A DNA stretch of 62,960 bases, the filler included, from Sluysia triapertura (lineage: Eukaryota): assembly GCA_046118255.1 (NCBI GenBank). It is 5 parts of 5 records of this genome, joined end to end, with 100 filler letters (N's around TTAATTAATTAA, not from the genome) between each part and the next. Parts side by side here need not be neighbours in the genome. Positions count along the whole stretch, not along the records: positions 23,564 to 39,935 come from JBJNIA010205593.1; 4 more parts are not named here. One strand, 5' to 3'. The notes under the pieces are model-generated. The model ran no database searches, had not been told where the DNA came from, and saw nothing but the letters and a program-made list of their open reading frames with translations. Shown here piece after piece: positions 26,568-40,035 of the stretch. A program made the position numbers and the translations under genes. Every line of letters begins with the position of its first letter. Position 1 is the stretch's first letter.

Positions 26568-29500
26568 TCCTGCCTTTAATTTTCGAAATAGGATTTTAAA
26601 CGTTTAAAATTAATTTAAGTATATTTTAAAATTTGTCTCCAAAGAGCAAATAGAACTTAAATAAATAAAAAATTTTCCAATAAAGATAGACGCCAAATGT
26701 AACGCTCTAGACACGCAGAATTTATCAGTGAAATTGAAATTATAAAATTGTAACTTTACGAGAGTGAGTGAAAAATTTGTTGGATTATATATCAGTCTTT
26801 AGCCAATCACATTCGTCCACATATACTAATAAAATAGTTGTTTTTTATAAACAGCTAATACTAATAAGAATTAAATTTTGAAAAATAATTTCTTTTAAAT
26901 AATTACTTAAATTACTTATCCTAAAAATGTCGTGCCACCAGAATACAGAAATTATGATAATTTGTGGATATATTTGCAACTCTGAATTAAAGGAAATTTA
27001 AAATTTTTAGCGTCATATCTATCCTAATGATGATATATAAAATGCATGGCATGAAATTTTATTTCCATTTAAGAATATAGCACCTTGTGAACTACTATTA
27101 GGACCATATCATTTTTAGAAAGTAGCTCAAAATATCTTGAGGCAAATTTATCACACCTTTCAGTTTTGTGGCAAGCTTTTTATGGACAAATTGAAATATA
27201 TTATTAAAATAATAGAATTCATAAAATGGCAAACATTTTCAGAGCCGAAATTTATAAAATTTCAGGGCTTACTTGGAAACTAATTATTGGTTGTTTCACA
27301 TGACCATGCAAACTCACAAATAAATGCTTTTGAAAATACGTTGAAAAAAGAAAGATAAACTGAAAATATAATTCTTCATGCAATAGAAAATGTAGGAGTT
27401 CATAAAAAACGAAGAAAATAAATGATTACTTATGTCAAACTCCTCTAACGTTTCGTCGAAAAAAAGTAATTCGATGATTATTGATAATTATAATTATTAT
27501 GTGCAAAAAGACGAACATAATAATTGAACCAGTGATGAATTTAAAAATTGAACAGTTCATTTGTATAATTTCGAAGGTGTCATGGGAGACACTAGCTGGA
27601 GTTATGAAAGCACATTGTGAATTAGGAAAAACAATAATGATGTAAAATTTGAAGACATGATTATGAGAATGGACACATTATTACAACTTAAAGATATTAT
27701 TTTAGATTTATTTTAATACATAGTTGTATTATATATTATTAAACATAATTTCTATTCAGTGTTTTTGTTTATTTGAGTAGTTAATTCTAAAGTTCATAGA
27801 AAATTTATAAAAAAGCATAGTAATTTTTGTTAATTAGATTGATTAAAATTTCAACAAAATCCTGTGTGGATGACAACTTCAATTAATCAATATCCATTCT
27901 TTAATTAATTTTTGCCCAAATGAAAAAAAGTTATCTTACATATTAATAATTTGCCTTATGGTATCCAATTCGGCATAATAGTTATAAATGGATTTTACAT
28001 AAATGAATTACACAATTTAATTGCGAATTAACTAATTTCAGATACTGTCGATAGTGAAGTTGGCTTGATTTTTCTATCCCATATACGCAATAGATAGATG
28101 ACTTATTTTCATCTTCGCAATCTAAATGTCCATCAAATTCAAAATTTAAAAATTATTATTAACTCATGAACCTAAATTAAATTATATAATGCATTGGCGT
28201 ATCATCCAAGTGTATAAGTATTTTTAAAAAATATATAGATTTTAAATGAAATAAGTGTTGTCAGGTAGCACTAAAATTCCAAACAAAGTTTAAAGTCATA
28301 ACCCTTTAAAATCCTTGAAAATAACATAATAACACTTCGAAATTATTTAAAAATCATTTAAAAAATTTTCGAAAAAGAAAATTCACTTCTAAAAATTGAA
28401 TATAAGCTTGCAGAATGTTCTAGAACTTTATTATTTAGTATTATATATTTCAAGATATTGTAGGTAAATTTAAAGATGGAGATCAAAGTAAATAATAAAT
28501 AATCGTATTTTAAAATATAAATAAGTTTCAAATAATTACTTACTTACAAAAGTAATGTATACAATTTTATTTTAAAGTGGTATAATTTGATTGGATGGAA
28601 ACTGGTATATAAACCAGTGAAATTTCAGTCAAGTTCAGAATTTAGTCATTAGTATTCAATTTGAGTTTTTGTGATATTAATTGTAGCCGATGAGTAATTC
28701 GTCACCATCTTGTTTTATTTATTCTAAATAATTATATAATAAACTAGTAAGATTAAATCAATTGTAAAATGTATTGTATTAACACAAACTTTAAAAACAG
28801 GTAAAATAATATTTATAATTGCTATTTTGTCCGATTGAATGAGAGCTAAAATCATTTATACAATTCATTAATATTAAAATTAAAGGCCTAAAAACTGTAC
28901 TGTTCTAACAACAATTCTAATTGTGATTTTATATTTATCACTTGATAATTCATTTTTACGATTTGATTTAATCATTGTTGAATCTATTCGTGTAAACCTT
29001 CTAAATTTTTTGTATTGAAAATATTAATTACGAATTTGTGAAAAACTTGGTGTATATTGGTGTCACACTTTAAAATGCATTTAGACATTAAATAATGACT
29101 ACTAGATATTTCTCGGATTCTACATATACGAAGAGTTATCATAAATATTAAGTTGCAATATTCGAAATTTAGAGTCAAATTAAATTCATATATTCGTTGT
29201 AGTTATGTGAACGTTTTAAGTCTCGTACTGTAACCGTATTTTTCAGTTTACCCTACATTTAAAAAATAATCATAAATTAAAATTTAATCTGACTAATTCG
29301 AAAAGGTTTAGGCAAAACAAAACAAAACAAAACCAAACATTCTAAATTAAAATTTCGTTTAATGTATTTTCTAATTTTCAGAATTTAGTTGTTTACTGAA
29401 ATAAATAGCTAATTTATAACGCTCATTTTAATATATTGAATGCTCTAAGATTGTACAAAATATCGACTGCTCCAAAAATAAAATATCACAATGTTTTAGG

Positions 29501-30252
29501 ACATAAATTGTTCTGATTCAAAGGATTTCGAATATTAGAATATTAGACTCCAACAATTTAGATTATTATTTTCGAGTTCAAACCTAACTTGATATTCTGT
29601 CTGATCGGTGTATTTTCAAAAATTCTATTTAAATATTAAAATATTCATACAATATCAATGAATTAATTTTTCTATTCGTGTATATGTTCTTAGTAAGTCA
29701 TCATTAAACGGTTGCGATATAACTAGCTTATTTCTCACTTAGTTATGGTAATTTAATTTAATTAATCATTATGGTAATATTTCGAGTCTTGATTTATAAT
29801 GTAGTTAATTCATATTTAATCTATTTGATAAACGAAATTTTAGTAAATAAATTAATATTCTAAATTAAGCACAAAGAGCGTCCATTGTTTGTGAGGCACA
29901 CGTAAATACAATCGCATAGAAATTCTTCATGAAAAAATCCTTGGTGTCATTGTAAAACAGAAGTTTATTTAAAAATATTCTTTTATATAATATTTATTTA
30001 ATATTTAATATATGTTGAATTATTTAATTCGGAATATTTCCCGGGATAAAGAGCTTTAGTATCAAGTATAATCAACTGTAATATTTTAATAAATTATTTT
30101 ATTTCAATTATTTTATTAATTACTTTCTATAGTTTTATAAGATTTAAAAAACAAGAATAATTTTTTTAGATTTTAAATTTATTAAAAGTATTGTTTAATT
30201 ATTCTTGATTATTTTAATACCATAGTTACCAATTAAAGTTGTATTTTCAATA

Positions 30253-33200
30253 ATGGCTCGAAAAAAGCAAGAAGTAGCTTTACAAATTGAAATTAATTCA
30301 CAAGAAGAATGGAAAGATATGATGCAAAAAGAAGGATTATATGGTAAAATGATACATTGTTATTTTTGTAATAGTAATCGATGTATATCAAGATTGGTGT
30401 GGTCCTTGTAAAGCATTAATTAATTTTTTTCGTCGAATCAAAAACGAACAGGGAGATGAATTATTGAATTTTGCAATAGCTAAAGCTGATACTATTGATT
30501 CATTGGAGAAATATCGTGGTAAATGTGAACCTTGTTTTTTGATGTACGGCGTAAGTTATAATATTTTAAAAAGTGTATTTAATATTTTATAAAGTAACAC
30601 ACTATTTATATCATTTATAATTATGGCGATTGTTTCAAAATTATGAATCCTTTTAGCCAAGGAAAAATTTCATGCTGCCACAAATTATTGTTCAAATATG
30701 AATTTTACAGTAAATATGTTCAGCTAAGTTGCCATTCATCCGCCAGTTTCCAAATGTTAAGAATTGAACATAGATAAACTTTTTTGTATTTAATGTTGTA
30801 CGATATTTGTAACATAATAAAATCTTGATAATTTGCGTTATTTATTACAGGATAAATTTATCCTACATCTTCACAAATCCAAGTTCTTTTCAATCTTATT
30901 TGGCAAGAATAATAATAATAATAATAGTAGTAGTAAGAAAATTTATATTTCAATTTTTAAATTCTTTTATTCTCTCTTTCATTTTATCATTTTTTATAAA
31001 TTTGAAATATATTTCTCTTTATGTTCAGTAATTAATTGTTCCACATTTTATTTGGCATTTTTGAACATTGATAATTCAGATTTTGCTTTAAAGATTTCCG
31101 TTTTATTTAAGTTATTAGTTTTAATCTCTTAAAGAACTATTGCAAATTTCTCTAACATACAAATGTTGTGGTGTATTCTAATTTTTAGTTTAACAAAGTG
31201 GTTTCTGAAGGCTTCAACATTGATTTATTGGGGGGTATTGTACATTGATACAGAGTATTTGGAGTATTACTATTAATTGATACTTTAAAAATTGTTATTA
31301 AATTCAGAAATTTACGAAATTTATTGAAAAAAAATTTAAATAATGCTTAATACATTGATTAATTTTGTATTAAAATTTTGTCTAAAATTGCTTGTATATG
31401 CTACTGCCACATCTTCAATTGAACCTATAAATATAAATGTTAAAATGTAATCATCATGAATAAAAACTAATAACAGTTTAATAAAATTAAAATGTACTTA
31501 AGAAACGTTTTTATTGTCCATATAGTTATGTATTATGTTAATTTCAGATTCATCAAATTGTGAGCAAAAATGATTGATTGCATTGACCTAGGAATTGGTC
31601 ATAATTCATATAATCCGTGTGCATAAGGACAAGATTTTCCATACCTGATGCATTGGCCTGATATTGTAGTTTCGTATATACATAGTGCTGATTTAAAAAA
31701 ACTTGATTTATCATTGTTTTCTTTTTCATTAAACTTTCCACGAGAATAATTATGACTGTTTAGGTTCAAAAAATAACTTGCGTGTTTATCATCACTTATC
31801 ACACTAACTGGTCTTGAATGAGTAGTCGATAAAACTTGCTTGTCACTAAATGGCTCATTAGAAAAATTAGGTATTTGCATTACAGTTGAAATTGAATGGC
31901 CAATTTAGAGGTGAACCTCTGGTAAAACCGCTGCGTTGATCATTTGAGAATAAGTTATTTGTAAAGGATTGCACTGGTATAACGAATATTGTACATGCTT
32001 CTGCATTGCGTGACACTTATTTTTTAAATTAGCATTTTTATTCCTTTTATTTAATTTATCTAGATTTTCGACAGCTTTTTGTACAATAATTGAAGGCCAT
32101 GTATCATTATCTTTCGAAGTTGGAAAAGATCCACGTAATTCTGTATAACTACTTTTAATATTAGTACTTCGCTTTGTATCTGATAGATTGTAGATATTCT
32201 TTCTCAATCTAATCTCATCGGATAAATAATTATACGTATTAGAACTTGAGTACGTATGAGTTTGATTATGATCATCATATTCATAATCATAATCTTCATT
32301 ATAATAATCGTCGTTAAAACTGTTTACACCTTTAATTTTCTCGTGAGACATTTAGAACATCAAAGCTTGTTTTGTAATGTAATTTAAATTTAAATTTTAT
32401 AAATATAAACTTTGACTATTGCAATGATTATAAATTGAGTAAGTACTTTTTATTTGACGAGTTGATAATTTTAATTATTAAAAAGACTCTTTCACAAAAC
32501 CAAGAAATCAACTTTACATAAAATTATTATTACTATTATGATTTTGTCCAAATAAAAGATGATAAAACTACTTACAATTGGATGGCCAATAAAAACAACA
32601 TCAACTGAGTTGTTAGACAATAACTAATTTTCGTTTGCACACATAATCACTATTAGCTCAAAAATTAAAACTGTCAAATAATGACAGAGATAATTGCATT
32701 GTTGGAATGCTGTTGAAATATTTCTTTTTCTTACAATTGTGTAAAAAGTTTCTTTCTTAAAATTTTGTTAAAAAGTTTATTTGTTCTTTATGCTCTTTCC
32801 TTGTTTATTATTTGTATTTTGTTGAGAAAGTATGTTCTTTGTAATTCCTATTTCTTTTAATGATTCAAATACTTTACAGATCTTTTAACTGTTGTACAAT
32901 GCTAAAGTAATTGCTCGGGACTGTTGAATTTGGTTTCTGTTTTACAAAATAATTGTTATAATAGAAATAATACATGTTATAATAGAAATAAAAAGAAATT
33001 AAGGAAATTGGAGTTGTTGAAAGAAATTTCATTTATAATACTAATATATTTGAATTTGAATTGTAAATTTAATGATTTATAATATTATTTATGGTTTTAA
33101 TGTTGTAGGATGTGAGCTTAAAATTGTTTTGATATATTTACAATTTTGAATGATAAGGTTGGCCACCACAATTTATTATTTGTTTGACATAATTTAATGA

Positions 33201-34961
33201 AATAATAAGTGTGAATAAAGTTGTTTTGTTTGTGGCGTAAGATTAGCTTAAGGTTTTGTCTGACAAAGTTTGATTGTTTTAAAATGCTACTCTTTAGGTA
33301 ACTGATAATGATGAGAAATGTAAATAGTTGTACTAGTACTATTGTTAGACTTCATAAAATGGACTGACCAGGGATCGATGATTAAAAAACATGTATTAAT
33401 ATAATAGTTTTAGTCTCTTCTTTCTCTTTTTCTAGAGAAGGAAGGTAAACTTTCTTCTATTCAGGGTCCTTGTAGGACATGGTCGCGATATGCGTTATTC
33501 GAGGACTCCATAGCTAGTCTTACACACTGTCGTACCAGGGTCTTGATTTCGGTCTCGTGGAAGCCAGGTGCCTTGAGAAGCTTGTCATTCTCGGGATCTC
33601 ATGAGCCCAAGGCTCCAACGACGAATGTATCCAGAGACACCTTACATTTCAGTTGTTCCTGTAGTTTGCCCTGTAGATCAGAATACTTCGCAATATTGGT
33701 GGTTCGGGCTATTTCGAAATTTTTCTTCAGGTCCATGTGAGTTTTGACATCAATCAAGAACAGCTGCGATGAGGAGAATCCCTTTTGGGTCATTTTGTTC
33801 GTTAGGTAATTAAGGATTTTGTTGTGCCGGACTGTTCTGGCTGTGCTTGTGTGAGGACATAGACAGAGCACGTGTAGAGCACCATCGACATGATACTGGC
33901 AGATGGAAACGTATGTTCTGTGGACTGAAATTAAGACTAAGGATGTTGTTCCGGGCCTTTATTATAAACATCCATGCATTATTTTCCAGTTCCAGTGACA
34001 GGGATTAGTTGGAGAGTGGGTACTGCATGAGAGAGTCGACATAGATACCCTGGCACTTGAGAGATTTCCAGATATTGGTATTGCAAGTGCTGATCAACTC
34101 CTGTAGGTATTTCCCGACTTTATTCTTGTGGTAGTGGTTAATGAATAATTGGGTTATCGCCAAGTATGTTCGACTTCAGTGATAGTTGGACATTGTAGTT
34201 ATCAGAGCAGATGAATGAAGCAGTAATCTGGTACTTTTGTTCCAAGTTCTTAATAGATGTTCGGATTTTCGACCACCAGGTTTTTAACCTAGCGCACTTA
34301 ACCGTAGGACTTCCATTGAGCCATGCGAGAGCTTTGGTAAGATCCACCCAATTTCCATTCATCCGGCTGTTGGCTATTCGTATAACTTCCCGATGTGCCA
34401 ATGTGCGTAATATCGGTGTATGACTATTGAATAGTCTGAACGCACATATCACGTTTCTGACACATGTAGTTGTCCTATGCTAAGTTTAGGCTGAGTCCCC
34501 CATGGTTCCTGTGTGCAAGAAAGAAACTCCTGTTCAGTGGGTACTTTTTGAGATCGAGACACACTTTCAACAGTTCTTGTATCTTTTCGTCGTACTTCAC
34601 TGATTTGGATGTGCTTTTAGGATGGGGATTGCTGAGGGATTGTACATTGATGTTCAGTTTCTTTAGATGGAACGGAAGTCTGGACTGCACAAAGTTCTTG
34701 TGCATGAGGAACTTATTCCAGATACTCAGTTTTAGTTCGGTGTATTTGATGTTCTCGTTTAATAAATCATTAATACTTTGCCGTTTATAGTCACCATATG
34801 GAACGCCAAGATATAGTTTGGTTTTCGTCGGAGTATTTTCGATTAGTAGTGAATATCTCAAGTCGTGGATGTTGTTGTTGAGCTATTAGCCCCGTCTAAC
34901 AATTTTTAGATTACTATAGTCCATTACACCACATGGCACTTTAGGCATATATTATTATGTC

Positions 34962-35004
<43 letters not shown>

Positions 35005-35244
35005 GTCATATGATTTTGACTCACCATAGATAGCACGTTTAATATTATTATTATTATCATTATTATTATCATTATTAAATAGGGTGGATCATTAGTAAGT
35101 GTGATACGAGGTGCTAATCCTCCCCTTTTAGAAGATACTATTAAACTGAAGTTAGCCGAAGAACGTAAAATAATGAATGGCGATATAGAAAGAAAAGAAG
35201 TATTATTATTATCATTATAATTATTATTATCATTATTATTATTA

Positions 35245-35285
<41 letters not shown>

Positions 35286-37155
35286 GGATATTATATATAA
35301 TAATCGGTATTTTTATTCTATAGATTAAAGATCCAGTTATTTCCGAAATGGAAGTAGATGAGAAAGTTGAAGAAGAAGAAAAAGATGTTGAAGGTAATTT
35401 TATTTAAAATATTTATCATTTCTAGAGTTAGAAATTACCAAGACGTGGTTTTCATAATTTTATTAAATAATGAATAAATAAACTTCATTTAAGAGCATCG
35501 AATAAATAATAGTAGTTTTCAGAGACGATGAAAATATATTTAAATGTTCTGACAGGATTCAAGAAAACAGCATGCCTTATATATTTCAAAAATTACATTT
35601 TTCTAGAGCTTTCATGATTGGCTAATGAGAGATAAGAAATTAAAATTGCGTGCTATTTGTGAAGTGTCTCATGCAGGACCGGATTTAGGGTTTTGAACTC
35701 CCCTTTCATAGAAGAATATACAAATTTACTGCGAATTTAAAAAAGTAAAAAATAGTAAAAAAGGCAAAAAATCAAAATTACGCAATAAATAGCTGCTAAA
35801 AACAAACTTTTTAGAGATAAAAAAGCACTTTTTCTGCATCAGTGTTGTGTGATAAAATCCATATGATAAAAATTCTTAAGTTTCATTATTTTTATTGGGA
35901 AATTTTTGTTTTTGTCTATTAATCTTTTTATTGAGCTATTACGAATTCTGAATAAACAAATAGTTTTCTTATGACTAATATTACAATTATTAAATCTGTT
36001 TACAATTTTAAAATAATTAGCGTTGTGACCTTTATTTGGTATTATTAAAGAAAAAAAATTTATTGCTTGCTAAAATAATCGATATCTCATACAAAATGAT
36101 CGATTTTAATTTATGAAATCTAAAAACATAATGAATGTAAAAAATGTTTTATTTTTATATCGGCGTTCCGGGCATTCGCCCGGCTTGACCGCCCATTTAT
36201 CAAAAACTCTCTTATATGTATGTATGCACTTTTGTAACGAACTTATTCTAAACATTTACAGAATCATAACTATTTCATATTATTAATTATCTAATAATTT
36301 TTGGATGCTACTAGATATTACAGAATCGAATTATCTATCGGAATCATATACGACGACAACTGTTGTACTTGATAAACCGATCACTCTTATCGATGATAAA
36401 GGTATTATTCAATGATGAAGTAGCCTGATTTTAAAAATTGGTACAAAAAATGCAAAAAAAGTAAAACATTTAAATGAAACAATTAATCAATTGTATTTTT
36501 TCTTTTTTTTTAAATTGAAAAAATGATTGAAATTTTTTGCATTATTTGTAAAATCAATTTCAGTAATATTTTACTGTAATTTTTACATTTTTATTTTCGA
36601 TTTAATTGTAGCACGTATACATTCTTTAATTGATTTGTTTTCAAATTTTAATTATTTATTATTTTATGCATTTAAATTATTCAGTTGTAGAACGTGAAGT
36701 TACTCTGGCATTAATTAAACCAGATGCTGTTAAAGCTGGAAAAGTCGAAGAAATAATTGAAAAAGTAATTAAATAATGTTTATCTACTTTTTATTATAAG
36801 GAAATAATTTATTTACAAAAATAACTATTTAATGGCTTTTTAAATAATTTTTATTTACTTTTTATTACAAGTAGATAATTTATTTACAAAAATACTATTT
36901 TAATTCGGTTTAGTTACAAGAATGTGGTATAGAAATTTTGGCACGACAAGAAAGATGTATCACTGAAGAAGAAGCTAGAAATTTCTATCATCACATGCAA
37001 GGTACTGATGTGTATGAGAATCTGATAAAGTTTATGATTTCTGGACCATCTCATGTACTTGTATTAGCAAAAGGTGATGAAGGTATTATATCGGAATTCA
37101 GAGAATTAATTGGACCCAAAATTGTGGATGAAGCTAAAGAACATGCACCAGACAG
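30253..37155 (+). CDS. NME8: Thioredoxin domain + nucleoside diphosphate kinase domain protein (NME8/NME9/TXNDC3, outer-arm dynein IC1-like), 5' part; exons 30253-30343, 30375-30550, 35083-35199, 35324-35393, 36685-36764, 36914-37155
   Basis: GT-AG introns keep the frame. Product: MARKKQEVALQIEINSQEEWKDMMQKEGLYVIDVYQDWCGPCKALINFFRRIKNEQGDELLNFAIAKADTIDSLEKYRGKCEPCFLMYG/GGSLVSVIRGANPPLLEDTI...EVTLALIKPDAVKAGKVEEII...EEEARNFY...FMISGPSHVLVL...FRELIGP..VDEAKEHAPD. It has a WCGPC thioredoxin site and the NDK TLALIKPDAV motif. NME8 versus NME9 cannot be resolved by eye. Confidence 0.93.
31540..32351 (-). pseudogene. Intronless TIS11/ZFP36-type CCCH zinc-finger pseudogene nested in NME8 intron 2
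   Basis: ORFs 31905-32351 and 31599-31880 are in the same frame, separated by an in-frame TAA. FFKSALCIYETTISGQCIRYGKSCPYAHGLYEL*PIP matches YKTELC..C.YG..C.FAHG..ELR, with a probable CGA>TGA change. The second finger is mostly deleted (only FAH remains). Confidence 0.75.
33395..34870 (-). mobile_element. 5'-truncated, decayed non-LTR retrotransposon with restriction-like endonuclease (NeSL/Utopia/R4-type)
   Basis: YLGVP (end of RT), HGGLSL, FIIKARNNIL, CCHC remnant HVLCLC followed by RHN, LFLIDVK (PD-(D/E)xK region), KYSDL and FVVGALGS*DPEND. GC content is higher than the flanks. Confidence 0.88.
34961..35005. repeat. (TTA)n microsatellite
   Basis: Directly visible; further (TTA/TCA)n tracts at ~35043-35077 and ~35201-35285 flank NME8 exon 3. 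Confidence 0.9.
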
Positions 37156-39935
37156 GTTCATTATTTGATTTGTTTTGAATTATCTAATTAAACTGCATTT
37201 ATTTTCAATAGCTGAATATTTATCAAACATACCAAAGTAATATTAAAATAAGTAAATTTTTGTTTTTTGATGACATTTACTCATTTGTTTTTATTGATAA
37301 AAATGATTTAGATCGGCATTTTAAACTTTATGATTATATTTATGAGTTATCGTGAGTTCTTTTGATTTGTGCAGTTTTCGGTATCACTATCAAAACAACT
37401 ATTAATATATAAATAATTAACATAGTTCAAGGGTCCACACACAATAGTTGTCACTATTTAAATATTTAATTTATTTACTGATGAATAATTTTTTCATTTA
37501 TTGAATCTGTTACGACATTTATAAAATCATTATTGTACACATTAATTAGTTCACTTACATAACATTCTTCAATTTCACCATCCTTACTTGACTTGACCTT
37601 AAGTCCTGGCTGGATTTTAATGTTTCTTAATTTATTTTTAATTTCTCTTAACTAAACACTTTGAGCACGAATGACGTTAATAATGTATTATACTTAATAA
37701 ATGTTACACACAATGTTTTCGAAATTATCCCTCTGAATTTATATAATTTCAACAAATTATGCTATATGCTTTTCATCACATACCATTTTCAATGTGTTAA
37801 TTAATTAATGTACTGATTTTAAATTCTGATCACTTAATATTGTAACTTAAAATTTGGTGATGATTGATTAAATCACTTTATAATTGGATATTTTTTGAGA
37901 CCAAAATATGTGCTATTAAATTTTCATTTCCTTTCATTCCTAATGCTCGTGAACCACAAAATTAATTCAGGAGAAGTGTATGATTAAATAACAATTAATA
38001 AAATCTTACCTCTATTTATACTAATTTGGCTTCAAGTTTCTATTTGACGCATAACATTTTCATTTTTATCAATAATTAAAGTGTGAGTAGTATCGAGAAC
38101 ATGTTTTTGAATATTAAAAATATTCTATATATTTTCCAAATTGGTATCACTAATATATTCAATAATACATTTTCGTCCGAAACTTTTGAACATTACAGAT
38201 TACGGCAATTTTCCATAGTTTAGTGAAGAATCTAAAAAATAATTAATTATACTTAAATAAAAACATACGTTTAGTATTTCCCTTAAATTTTGTCTTGCTT
38301 ATTCTTGCATTTCGCTTATGAATGATTTTCTGGTTTTTGGTTTTTTAGGTATTGGCTTTCGCGATACTAATATTGTCTTACGTGTTTAGTATTACATGTT
38401 GCAGTTTTTATATTTTAAAAATAATTTGTTACTAATGGAGTAAGAAAATTATTATGTGGGTCTAAATTTTTAAAAGATGGTGGTCTTAAAAATACAGTAC
38501 TGAAAGAAAATGAACTTTTAGGTGTTGATTGTGCTAAAGAACTTTATAGAAGTAAACTGCTAGAATACGTTTCATAATTGTGTCAACTTGTTGATGATTT
38601 CTTAATTTTTGTGTTTACTTACTTTTGTATTGTTAAAACTTTTATGATTTTCTACACCTGTGGTACGATAACTTTTGCGATTATCATGTTATTAAAATAT
38701 CTGTACGGTCTTAACTTAGTGTCATAATATACATATTGTCCTAAATTCTTATTGTGTTCCCTTAAGTTATTAATCAATATTAAGATTTACTTCTTGCAAT
38801 GTTTATACTTGTTTTTCGGCCTACAATATTTTTGTGCTGTTTAAGTGTTTTTGTACAATCAATACAAGTATCATTAGTACAAAGGCGCTGATAATTTAAA
38901 ATGATCTTACACAATTATTACAAATATTTTAATATTTTATAATCCAAAGACTCGTGACAAAATAAAAATATTTTATATTTTTACTCAACATATTAAAACA
39001 ATAAAATTAATTCTGATAATCTAAAACCCGATGAAAATAATAATTTTATTATGGGTACCACGGAGAATATGTCTGGTATCCTGGATCGATCGGAACAGCA
39101 TTTCGACGCTGTTTATACTTTTAATACTGTTCTCTATTTCTTCTGCCGAATACCATTTAGTAGTAGTAACAATTGATTTATTTCGTATTTTCCTATCTTT
39201 GGCGAATTTGTCATATTTCGGCCAATCTTCCTTTTAAGGAACTCAGATTATCTGTCATACCCATCGGTCAATCGTCGTACCAATATTGTAGAATGAATTC
39301 TCCAGTGCTTCTAGACGATATAAGCAAATGAATATCTCCATAATATCTAAAACTAAATAAAATAAAAAACCCAATAACAAAATTAAAAAATAAAATACTT
39401 ACAAGACTCTTGTAGTTCGGGTATTGTTTCGTCAAGTGTGATTATTTCTAATGGGTCAACATTTTCTCAAATTGTCCGATAATTTGTTGACCCGCAGCAA
39501 TGCTCTTAGTCGCCCTATTTTGGTCTCATTACGGAAATGGTATTAGTTGTGACGCTTCAGCAGATCCATTTGATTCATAATAATTGATATAATAATTTGT
39601 TAAATCCTTAATTTAAATAATGTTTTAACTTGGAATTATCCACCAAAAAAGACACCAAATCATATTAAATTTTTTATACTACCTAAGCAAATTACATTTT
39701 TTTAATACCAAGTACAACTTTACCAGTAGTAAAAATAGTGACACAGGGTAGATAAAAAAGCTTAGTTGATAGCATGTTAATTGATTCGTCCATTTTAAAT
39801 GTGACTGCACATGTGTGTATTCAATCAATTTAGATTCTGATTGGATGTTAAATACATTCTGTTGGTTGCTTACATTCCGCAGTATGCATTACGTAATGAA
39901 TGTTTAACTTATATAAGACATAATTTAAGGTATAT

Positions 39936-40035
39936 NNNNNNNNNNNNNNNNNNNNNNNNNNNNNNNNNNNNNNNNNNNNTTAATTAATTAANNNNNNNNN
40001 NNNNNNNNNNNNNNNNNNNNNNNNNNNNNNNNNNN
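39936..40035. other. Assembly gap spacer
   Basis: 44 N + TTAATTAATTAA + 44 N. Confidence 0.97.

Noticed and set aside
27040-27720. Possible DDE transposase remnant
   Set aside because: Motif resemblance is too weak to assign.
31599-31907. Stop-codon reassignment or readthrough suggested by in-frame TAA/TGA in several ORFs
   Set aside because: The conserved host exons (LAP, NME8) contain no in-frame stops, and most affected regions also show frameshifts or deletions, consistent with pseudogenisation.
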